From assembly GCA_043821645.1 (NCBI GenBank), contig JBDRCO010000051.1, forward strand, positions 64,001-128,000: 64,000 bases of DNA, in the 5' to 3' direction. The position numbers and the translations under genes were made by a program. Positions 56,668 to 64,000 of this stretch are shown piece after piece. Position 1 is the stretch's first letter, and each line of letters starts with the position of its first letter. This stretch comes from Pseudomonadota bacterium. Lineage in GTDB: Bacteria; Myxococcota; JACRCW01; JAFGSX01. Below the pieces are notes generated by a model that was not told the DNA's origin, searched no databases, and saw only the letters and a program-made list of their open reading frames with translations.

Positions 56668-59472
56668 GTGGCCAAGAAGAACCTCCTCCTTGTCGATGGT
56701 GACGCTCGTAGCCAGCGCTTGCTCGAGGTCAGCCTGCGCAAGGCGGGCTTCTCGGTGACCACCGCAGTCCATGGCAACGACGCCATGGAGAAGGTCGCCA
56801 TCGCGATGCCCGATCTCATCATCTCCGACACCAAGCTCCCCGAGGGAGACGGCTTTGACTTCTGTCGCCGACTCAAATCCGAGTCCAAGACCGAAAGTAT
56901 CCCGTTCATCTTCCTGACCGCGCAGAAGGCCATCGAGCACAAGATCAAGGGGCTCGAGCTCGGCGTCGACGACTACTTGACCAAGCCCATCTACATGAAG
57001 GAGGTCGTCACCCGCGTCCGCATCCTGCTCGAGAAGCGGGAAAAGGAATCCCTGGAACGCCGCGATCGCTCTGGCTTCAGCGGCTTTCTCGGCGACATGG
57101 GTGTGGTCGACCTGCTGCAGACCATCGAGATCGGCCGCAAGACAGGCATCCTGCACCTCGAGAATCCACCGCAGTCCGGCGAGGTCTTCTTTCGCAATGG
57201 CAAGGTGGTGGATGCGGAGGTGGGGCGGCTCCGCGGCGACAAGGCGGTGTATCGATTCCTGGTCTGGAACGATGGTGTGTTCAGCCTGGATTTCGTCGCC
57301 CACGAGCGAAACGACAACATCGAGCTGTCGACCCAGGGACTGCTGATGGAGGGCATGCGCCGCGTCGACGAGTGGGGACGCATGCTCGAGCAGCTCCCGC
57401 CCCTCGACAACCGCTTCGATATCGACTACCGCGAGTTCGCCAGTCGCCTGGCCGAGATTCCCGACGAGGTCAACTCCATCCTCCGCCTGTTCGACGGCGA
57501 GCAGACCCTGATGGAGATCGTGGACCTGAGCGATTTCGGCGACCTCGAGGCGCTCAACATCATCTCCAAGCTCTACTTCGAGGGCCTGATTCACGACGTC
57601 ACCACGCGAAACAGCGCCGATGACGGCACCGCAGCGGCCCGGGTGAGCTCGTGGCTGGATGAGCCTGCCAGAGAGGATGCAACACCCACCGAGGATCCTC
57701 CCACGGCCGCAGCACCGGCTTCGTCGCCTGCCCTGGAGCCCTCCCTACCTCCCGCCGCGGTCACCGAGGACCAGTTGCCTGTCTCGACGCTGGCACCCGC
57801 GTCCAGCTCTCCACTGATCGACAAGGAGGCCCCGGTGGCGCTGGCAGCCGAGGCCGCCGAGCGCGTGGCGAGCTGGCTCGAAGAGCCGGTGGCATCCCCG
57901 GCGGCAGCCCGCCCGGAGGACGCGGCGACCGACCAGGAGGACGACTGGGACGACGTGGTGGCGCCGGTGAGCGAGAGTGAGCTGGCTGCGGCTCTGCAGA
58001 GCCCCCAGGCCGAGGAGTCAGGTCCGGGCAAGGACCTGGATCGCTCGCTCGAAGACGCCCTGAGCACGCAGCTCTCCATCGAGGTCGGCGCTCCCCCCGG
58101 ACCACAGGCGAATGTGCTGGAACTGCCCGAGGACAGGTCCGTCGAGATCGCCGACCGGGACAGCGGTGGCTCGCTCGAAGACGCCCTCGCCGAACAGCTC
58201 ATCGCCCAGGCGCTCGACGACATGGATGGCGACGATGACGTCGAGCCTCCGCCGTCGCAGAGCTCTCCCATCGAGCTGACCACCCCCAAGAAGACGAAGA
58301 CCGAGCCCCTGTTCACGCTTCCGCGTGGCGGAGCCGCAGGCGGCGTGCCCGCTGAAACTCAGGATTCGCCCGCGGTAGCGGCTGCAACGCCGGTCACCCA
58401 GCCTCCGTTCGCGGCGCCAGCACCGTCCGCAGTCCTCGCCGCGACGAGCCAGGTGGAGGATCTCCCGCCGTCCAGACCCGCGGTGGTCCAGGAAAGTGAC
58501 GTGGTCGAGACCGTGGTCCCGCCCACACCCGCTGCACCTGCCGTGGCCGGTGGCAGCAGTCGCCCAACCAATGCCGAGGAGAGCTTCTTTGGCGACGACC
58601 AGGTCGCCAGGGAGTCTTCGCTCGCGGGTTCGCGATCCCTGTCGACCCCGTCCTTCAGCCGGGACGAGATGCCACCGCTGATGCCGGCCGCGCCGCCGGG
58701 CAGTGATGGCCGAGGCGGCCGGGGTCGATTGGGCATCCTGTTGGTGGCCGCGCTGGGACTGTTCCTGTTCGGCGGCACCGCCGGCGTGTTGATCGTCGGA
58801 GGCTTCTCTTTTCAGGAGCTGCGCGACCGTCTGACGGGTTCTGCAAGCCAACCCGTTGCCACGGTCGTCGACGCTGCCATGGCAGCGCCAGACGCGGCCC
58901 CCGCGGTGGTCCTGCCGCCCGCCGCCACCGATGCAGCAACTCCAGCAGCAGCCGGTTCCGATGCGGCAAGCGTTGCCGTGGCGACGACGCCCGATGCCTC
59001 AACACCGCCCGTCGACGCGGGGACCGCAACGCCGACACCCGCAGTGACCCCTCGCCGCCCCGACGCGGGCCACCGAGCGGCAGTCGAACCCAAACCCGCA
59101 GCCCCCCAGGAAACCTTCGAAGACTACATCAAGAAGGGCCGGGCCCTGGCCGATCGCGGCAAGCTGCGTCCGGCAGTGGCGGCCTACCGCAAGGCTCTGG
59201 AGATCAACAGCCGCAGTCCCGAGGCCTACACCGCCCTGGCCAACGCCTACTACGAGCTCGACGAGCTGAGCAATGCCGAACGCAACCTCAAGAAGGCCGT
59301 GACCATCAACGATCGCTACGCCCCGGCCTACGTGCTGCTCGGTACGGTGTACCAGTCTCTAGGCCGCAACGCAGAAGCGATCCAGGCCTACGATCGCTAC
59401 CTGACCCTCGCACCCAGCGGACCCTTCGCCAAGGACGTGCGCGAGGTCGTGTCCCGGCTCAAGGCGCGCTGA
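56668..59472 (+). CDS. Response regulator: REC, DUF4388, long acidic/Pro-rich linker, TM helix, exported TPR
   Basis: GTG start; LLLVDGD, IISD, FLT, DDYLTKP; GFLGDMGVVDLLQTIEIGRKTGIL; TM LGILLVAALGLFLFGG; C-terminal TPRs. Confidence 0.88.
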   Translation: MAKKNLLLVDGDARSQRLLEVSLRKAGFSVTTAVHGNDAMEKVAIAMPDLIISDTKLPEGDGFDFCRRLKSESKTESIPFIFLTAQKAIEHKIKGLELGVDDYLTKPIYMKEVVTRVRILLEKREKESLERRDRSGFSGFLGDMGVVDLLQTIEIGRKTGILHLENPPQSGEVFFRNGKVVDAEVGRLRGDKAVYRFLVWNDGVFSLDFVAHERNDNIELSTQGLLMEGMRRVDEWGRMLEQLPPLDNRFDIDYREFASRLAEIPDEVNSILRLFDGEQTLMEIVDLSDFGDLEALNIISKLYFEGLIHDVTTRNSADDGTAAARVSSWLDEPAREDATPTEDPPTAAAPASSPALEPSLPPAAVTEDQLPVSTLAPASSSPLIDKEAPVALAAEAAERVASWLEEPVASPAAARPEDAATDQEDDWDDVVAPVSESELAAALQSPQAEESGPGKDLDRSLEDALSTQLSIEVGAPPGPQANVLELPEDRSVEIADRDSGGSLEDALAEQLIAQALDDMDGDDDVEPPPSQSSPIELTTPKKTKTEPLFTLPRGGAAGGVPAETQDSPAVAAATPVTQPPFAAPAPSAVLAATSQVEDLPPSRPAVVQESDVVETVVPPTPAAPAVAGGSSRPTNAEESFFGDDQVARESSLAGSRSLSTPSFSRDEMPPLMPAAPPGSDGRGGRGRLGILLVAALGLFLFGGTAGVLIVGGFSFQELRDRLTGSASQPVATVVDAAMAAPDAAPAVVLPPAATDAATPAAAGSDAASVAVATTPDASTPPVDAGTATPTPAVTPRRPDAGHRAAVEPKPAAPQETFEDYIKKGRALADRGKLRPAVAAYRKALEINSRSPEAYTALANAYYELDELSNAERNLKKAVTINDRYAPAYVLLGTVYQSLGRNAEAIQAYDRYLTLAPSGPFAKDVREVVSRLKAR

Positions 59473-59532
59473 ACCCGATACCCCTCGACCACGGCTTGTG
59501 AGAGATACCGCGGCCGTGATAGCCACACTCCC

Positions 59533-60456
59533 ATGAACGCCCACGCCACGCCCCTTGTCGACGAGGGACCCCTGCGCGCCCTGAGCGTGGCGGCCAGCGT
59601 TGGCCGGCTGCACATCGTGGCCATCGCCAGCCTCGGAACCCTGACCTTTGGCTGGCTGTTCACGGGGCACTACCTGTGGGGTCTGGCCGCCGTCTGTGCC
59701 CTGGACTGGTTCGTGGTCAACCTGCTCAACCGCGTGGTCGACCTGCCCGAGGATCGCATCAACCGCATCACCGGCGTCGGCTTCGTCGAACGACATCGCC
59801 GTGCCGTACTCGGGGTGGGTTTTGGTACGCTGGCCGCATCTCTCGTCGTCACCCAGCTCGCGATCCCGCAGATCACTGGCCTGCGCCTCGCCTACCAGGC
59901 CCTGGGTCTGTGCTACAACTGGCCGCTGCTCCCTGGCCGCCGGCGCCTCAAGCAGCTCTACCTGGCCAAGAACCTGGCCTCGGCCGCAGGCTTCGTGCTC
60001 ACGGTCTTTCTCTATCCGCTGGCGCTGGTGACCGACGGCAGCTTGCCCCTGGTGGCCGACATCGACCTGCGAGGCGTCCTGCTGGCGGCCCTGTTCTTCG
60101 TGCCCTTCGAACTCAGCTACGAGGTCCTGTACGATCTGCGCGACGCCGAAGGCGATCGCGCCGCGGGCGTGCAAAGCTTCGCGGTGGTGCACGGAGAGCG
60201 CATCACGACGGGGATCGTCGACGGGCTCATCGCGGTGTCGCTGCTGCCGCTGATCATCGGCTACGGGCTTGGCCTGGTGCCCTGGCGCCTGACCATCATG
60301 GGCGCCGCACCCCTGCTCCAGTTCGTGCTGTACAAGCGCTGGCTGCGCCGGGGCATCACGGCTCGCGACTGCATCCACCTGACCTGGTTGGGCGCTGGCC
60401 TGCTGGCGGGCTACCACCTGTGGATCCTGCTCGGCCTGCCGGGCGCGGGAGCCTGA
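59533..60456 (+). CDS. UbiA-family prenyltransferase
   Basis: NRVVDLPEDRIN and YDLRDAEGD..AGVQS Asp-rich motifs; multiple TMs. Confidence 0.88.
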   Translation: MNAHATPLVDEGPLRALSVAASVGRLHIVAIASLGTLTFGWLFTGHYLWGLAAVCALDWFVVNLLNRVVDLPEDRINRITGVGFVERHRRAVLGVGFGTLAASLVVTQLAIPQITGLRLAYQALGLCYNWPLLPGRRRLKQLYLAKNLASAAGFVLTVFLYPLALVTDGSLPLVADIDLRGVLLAALFFVPFELSYEVLYDLRDAEGDRAAGVQSFAVVHGERITTGIVDGLIAVSLLPLIIGYGLGLVPWRLTIMGAAPLLQFVLYKRWLRRGITARDCIHLTWLGAGLLAGYHLWILLGLPGAGA

Positions 60457-61293
60457 GTGCTGACCATAGAGCTGAGTTGTGCGGTCCTGCTGGTGCTGTA
60501 CTACGGCCTGACCTTCGCGCTCAGTCGCGATCGCAGCCTGCTGGCGCGCCAGGTCCTGGTGCTCAGCACCGCCTCGTGGCTGGCCGAGGACACCTGCATC
60601 CACCTGTACGGTTTTTATGCCTACAGCCCGCGCTGGCACCTCTTCGTCGACCAGGTGCCGCTGCTCATCGCCCTCATCTGGCCCGTGGTCATCCACTCGG
60701 CCTGGACCCTGGCCGGGGCCCTGTCCTCGCAACGCACCACGCTGCGCGCTCTGACCACCGCCGCACTGGTGTTCACGGACGCGGCCCTGATCGAGCCCGT
60801 GGCCGTGCGCGCAGACCTGTGGGCGTGGACGCATCCCGGGGTGTTCGAGGTGCCGGTCATCGGGGTGCTGGGCTGGGCGCTGTTTGCAGGAAGCGCCGCG
60901 TGGCTCCTCGCGCGCCAGCGTCCGCTGATCGACGCTGTGACGCTGTTGCTGGCGCCGGCTCTGACCCACCTGCTGCTGCTGCTGTGCTGGTGGTCCCTGC
61001 TGCGCTGGGTCGAGGCCCCCATCGCAGGCTGGACAGCGGCGGCTCTGGCCTGGCTGGTGTCGGCTGCCGTGCTCGTGCGCGTGCTGCTTCGCCGAACCTG
61101 GCGACGCATGCCACGGCGTGAGCTGATGCTGCGCATCCCTGCCGCGTTGTTCTTCATCGTGCTGCTCGTGATGCACGGGCGCGACGACGTGGCCCTGGTG
61201 CTCTACGTGCTGGCCTTCGTCCCCCCCTACCTGGCGGCCACGCCGTGGCTCCCGTCATCGAGCCAGGCCGGGAGCGCAATCCCCTCGACCTGA
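60457..61293 (+). CDS. Integral membrane protein, CruF/lycopene-cyclase-like hydratase domain possible
   Basis: GTG directly after UbiA stop; two repeats of E....YAY/W...VP.....W; multiple TMs. Confidence 0.65.
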   Translation: MLTIELSCAVLLVLYYGLTFALSRDRSLLARQVLVLSTASWLAEDTCIHLYGFYAYSPRWHLFVDQVPLLIALIWPVVIHSAWTLAGALSSQRTTLRALTTAALVFTDAALIEPVAVRADLWAWTHPGVFEVPVIGVLGWALFAGSAAWLLARQRPLIDAVTLLLAPALTHLLLLLCWWSLLRWVEAPIAGWTAAALAWLVSAAVLVRVLLRRTWRRMPRRELMLRIPAALFFIVLLVMHGRDDVALVLYVLAFVPPYLAATPWLPSSSQAGSAIPST

Positions 61294-61302
61294 GGACCGT
61301 GC

Positions 61303-61806
61303 TCAGCCCTCGTCCCGCCACGCCCCCAGCACCTGACCCACGAAGGCGCGGTGATAGTCGTGCTGCGGGTAGTTCTTGTGCAGGGTGGCGTCGAGAAAGT
61401 GCTCGGGCGCCAGGTCAAAGCGCGCCACCGTGCGACATTCGAGGACCAGCGAAGCCTCGGCCACCCGTGGCACTTCGATGTGCTCCGAGGCCTGCGCGTG
61501 AAGACCTGTTGCCTGCCACTTGTCGACGTCACGACCGCTCTTGCTGCCACACAGGTCCATGGCGGAGCGCCAGCGCTCGGGCAAGAAGTTCAGGGTGAAG
61601 GCCGCGGTCTCGTTGAGCAGCGAGAAGGTGTGACGGGTCGGCCTGACGTAGACCGTGACCACGGGCCTGTTCCACAGCGTGCCAAAGCCGCCCCAGGACA
61701 CGGTCATGGGATTGGGGTGCTCGGTACCACCCACCAGCAGAGCCCAGTCCAGGTCCAGGATCTGAAACGGTTTGAGACTGAACTCGACGAGTTCGATACG
61801 GCGCAT
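61303..61806 (-). CDS. Flavin reductase-like (flavoredoxin) FMN-binding protein
   Basis: ATG 61806 after CAGGAG; NPMTVSWGG.G.LW, VRPTRHT, CGSKSGRDVDK, YH..F.G. Confidence 0.88.
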   Translation of the reverse strand: MRRIELVEFSLKPFQILDLDWALLVGGTEHPNPMTVSWGGFGTLWNRPVVTVYVRPTRHTFSLLNETAAFTLNFLPERWRSAMDLCGSKSGRDVDKWQATGLHAQASEHIEVPRVAEASLVLECRTVARFDLAPEHFLDATLHKNYPQHDYHRAFVGQVLGAWRDEG

Positions 61807-61994
61807 GGTGATCTCCTGTGCTGCGGCCCCGAATGTATGCACGCCCGCACCTGCTCACCACTATCGGGAGCGCTCCTGGGTCGATCCCGACCCGGGCTGC
61901 GGTCCCAAACTCTGGATCCATGATCGCTTAATTTTGTTTACTTTCATGATGTTACTAATTTTTCAGGAATTGATCCTTGTCACTTCGAATTCGG

Positions 61995-62041
61995 GATATA
62001 TCTTTCCGATATATCTATAGGACATATCGAAATGATATGTC
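61995..62041. promoter_or_regulatory. Four phased GA(T/C)AT(A/G)TC boxes, 13-bp period; probable PadR operator array
   Basis: GATATATC 61995-62002, GATATATC 62008-62015, GACATATC 62021-62028, GATATGTC 62034-62041, each separated by 5 bp, ending just before the PadR RBS. Confidence 0.75.
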
Positions 62042-62056
62042 TTGAAGGAGGAAACG

Positions 62057-62632
62057 ATGCACGCTAGAGCGCATGGTCACCACCCCTGGGAGTTCGATTG
62101 CATGGGTCCTCGAGGTCGCCACCACCACGGTCCCCCGCCCTGGTTCATGCACTTCATGGGGCCACCGCCACGCGCCGAACGCGGGGAGGTGCGCTACCTC
62201 ATCCTGGACGCGCTCAAGGATCAGCCGCGCCATGGCTACGAGGTGATCCAGACCATCGAGCAGCGATCCGGGGGCAGCTACCGACCGAGCCCCGGCACCA
62301 TCTACCCCACCCTGCAGATGCTCGAGGAAATGGGCCAGGTCGCGGCGCAGCGCCAGGGTGACAAGACCGTGTACGCCATCACCGAGGCCGGGCTGGCCGA
62401 GCTGGCCGAGCACCAGGACGAGGTGGACGACGCCTACCAGCGCCTGGGCGGCGGCACCGACTGGTTCTCGGACTTCGACTTCCAGGGCATGGGCTCGCGC
62501 CTGCGACGGCTGATGCAATCGCTCAAGGGAGCCGTGCGTCGGGGTCAGCTGGGCAAGAGCGAGCTGCAGGCCGTGGCCAAGGTCATCGACGAGGCCGTGG
62601 AGCGTATCGAGAAGATCCTCGATCGCGGCTAA
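62057..62632 (+). CDS. PadR-family transcriptional regulator with His-rich N-terminus (YqjI-like)
   Basis: ATG 62057 after AAGGAGG; RGEVRYLIL..L...PRHGYEVI...YRPSPGTIYPTLQMLEE, Y.ITEAG. Confidence 0.93.
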   Translation: MHARAHGHHPWEFDCMGPRGRHHHGPPPWFMHFMGPPPRAERGEVRYLILDALKDQPRHGYEVIQTIEQRSGGSYRPSPGTIYPTLQMLEEMGQVAAQRQGDKTVYAITEAGLAELAEHQDEVDDAYQRLGGGTDWFSDFDFQGMGSRLRRLMQSLKGAVRRGQLGKSELQAVAKVIDEAVERIEKILDRG

Positions 62633-62655
62633 GACCAGATGAGCGGGGGTTATCC

Positions 62656-63129
62656 CTAGTCGACCGTGCGCAGGATCTCCTCGCGGAAGCTCTGGCGCCG
62701 CCGCACCATGGTGCGCAGCTCCGCGCCCTTGCGCTCGAAGATGTAGATGGCGCCGGACTTGTTCGACTGGCCCTGCACCAGGCGCTCGTCAAAGTCCACG
62801 CGCGCTGGGCCGGTGCGAGTGGCCACGATGGGAGCGCGGTCGGCCTCGGACTCGTCATCGGCCTGTGTCTGGGGCGGCGCTGGCGGTCGGGCGCTGGCCT
62901 TGCGCGCCTTGCTGCCACCGCGTTTGCTGCGGCTCACCTCGCCACTGCGCGCGGATCGACCGGCCTTGCCCTTGCGCTTGCTCCGGCGCTGCGCCACCTT
63001 GAGTTCGTCGGGCTGACCCTCGCCCTGTAACCTGGGTGTGCGGTCGCGGGCCAGGGCGCCGTCGACCACAAACAGCGAGCTGCTCAGCACGATGGCGCTG
63101 GCAATGGCAATGCGCTGCAGGTTCGACAT
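62656..63129 (-). CDS. Exported CglF/GltF-like protein with basic low-complexity insert
   Basis: Signal peptide; RBS GGAGG; C-terminal VDFDERLVQGQSNKSGAIYIFERK..LRTMVRRRQSFREEI resembles the gliding protein CglF/GltF pattern. Confidence 0.6.
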   Translation of the reverse strand: MSNLQRIAIASAIVLSSSLFVVDGALARDRTPRLQGEGQPDELKVAQRRSKRKGKAGRSARSGEVSRSKRGGSKARKASARPPAPPQTQADDESEADRAPIVATRTGPARVDFDERLVQGQSNKSGAIYIFERKGAELRTMVRRRQSFREEILRTVD

Positions 63130-63406
63130 GAGAGCCTCCTTGGTCCTGTGCTAACGACCACCGTGTCCCTGGGGTCTTTCCGCGACGCGGTGGGTCCAGG
63201 TGTGGAGGTGTAGGACGCAAGCCTCGTACCAGGGCCCGGTCACGTCATTTCAAGGAGTTATATGGAGAGCTGTCGGTACAACCCGACACCTTGAGACGCG
63301 CCGAGGTGTGCAGGCCTCAGCAGCAGACCCCAGCGGGCATCGTTCCAGCCGCCCAAAAAACCCGGTCCAACTGGATGGCAAACCCGGTCCGAGGCGCGGT
63401 GCCGTC

Positions 63407-64000
63407 TCATTGGGCCGGCACGTGCTGCGGCACGGCGTGCTGGGCGCCAGCGCAAGCCAAGGACTCCAGCAGCAGGGAGCGACAGCTCTCGTCGCCAGGG
63501 TCGAGTTCGACGCAGCGCTGGGCGGCGGCAGTCGCCTCGGCGCACCGTCCTGTCGCGCGGTACAGGTGGGCCAGACCGGCCAGGCAGCGCGTGTGGGTGG
63601 GCGAGAGCTGCAGGCAAAGCGCACAGCACGCCTCGGCAGCCACCAACTCCTCGTTCTGCTTCTGCACGGTGGTGCTCAGGGCCGCTCGGGATCCGTGCAG
63701 GGCGCACAGGTCGTGCTGGGCCTCGACGTGGTGTGGGCGCAGGGCCAGCAACCGCAGATACTCCGCCTCGCTCGACGCGTAGAAGTCCATTTCGCGCTGA
63801 CGTGCCCCGGCGCCGTCGCCGGCACTCCGCGCGTGCTCGCGCTGGCCGAGCTTGAGCTGGGTCAGCGCCAGGTTGTAACGCGCGTCCACGTAGTCGGGCG
63901 CAATGGCCAGGGCCGAGCGAAAGCGCATGGCCGCTCGCTCCAGATCACCCCGGGACATCTCGAGCGCGCCCAGGTTGTTGCGTGCTTCGGCGAACTCGGG
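63407..64000 (-). CDS. TPR-repeat protein (N-terminus beyond window edge)
   Basis: Frame open to the edge (PEFAEARNNLGALEM...); PDYVDARYNLA; Cys-containing TPR-like repeats. Confidence 0.8.
   Translation of the reverse strand, partial: PEFAEARNNLGALEMSRGDLERAAMRFRSALAIAPDYVDARYNLALTQLKLGQREHARSAGDGAGARQREMDFYASSEAEYLRLLALRPHHVEAQHDLCALHGSRAALSTTVQKQNEELVAAEACCALCLQLSPTHTRCLAGLAHLYRATGRCAEATAAAQRCVELDPGDESCRSLLLESLACAGAQHAVPQHVPAQ

Noticed and set aside
59359-61176. 605 aa minus-strand and 481 aa plus-strand alternative ORFs
   Set aside because: Shadow frames over the UbiA and membrane-protein genes.
63130-63406. Possible ncRNA or riboswitch in the intergenic region (small hairpin TGTCGG-TACAAC-CCGACA)
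   Set aside because: Only a 6-bp stem and no recognisable family motif; insufficient support without a covariance-model search.

Overview
High-GC (about 68-70% by eye), gene-dense bacterial chromosome segment with a Myxococcota-like gene repertoire: REC-DUF4388-TPR regulators, a CglF/GltF-like gene, Cys-rich surface lipoproteins and PDAG-type linkers. I found no rRNA, tRNA, CRISPR array, integrase or transposase. About 44 CDS are supported. (1) 1-19 kb holds a putative surface alpha-glucan capture system: a secreted GH13 hydrolase with TSP3 repeats (missed by the ORF track, runs off the window), two coupled Ig-rich lipoproteins sharing a paralogous domain, and, facing away from them, a glucodextranase DOMON-like gene plus an outer-membrane barrel. 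Both halves carry LacI-type operator candidates. (2) Between the halves is a MauG-type diheme enzyme translationally coupled to a Cyc2-like cytochrome-porin fusion. (3) A VKOR-thioredoxin / OmpA-like / TlpA redox operon follows. (4) A DUF1573 lipoprotein has an in-frame UGA in a U-G-C motif followed by a SECIS-like hairpin (probable selenoprotein), among Moco-related fusions. (5) Other points of note are a diphthine-synthase-like methyltransferase, a barrel-SppA fusion, a MaoC protein with a histone H1-like tail, a UDP-xylose/glycan locus with an embedded diguanylate cyclase, and a PadR gene with four phased operator boxes. All family assignments come from motif recognition by eye; no database searches were run.
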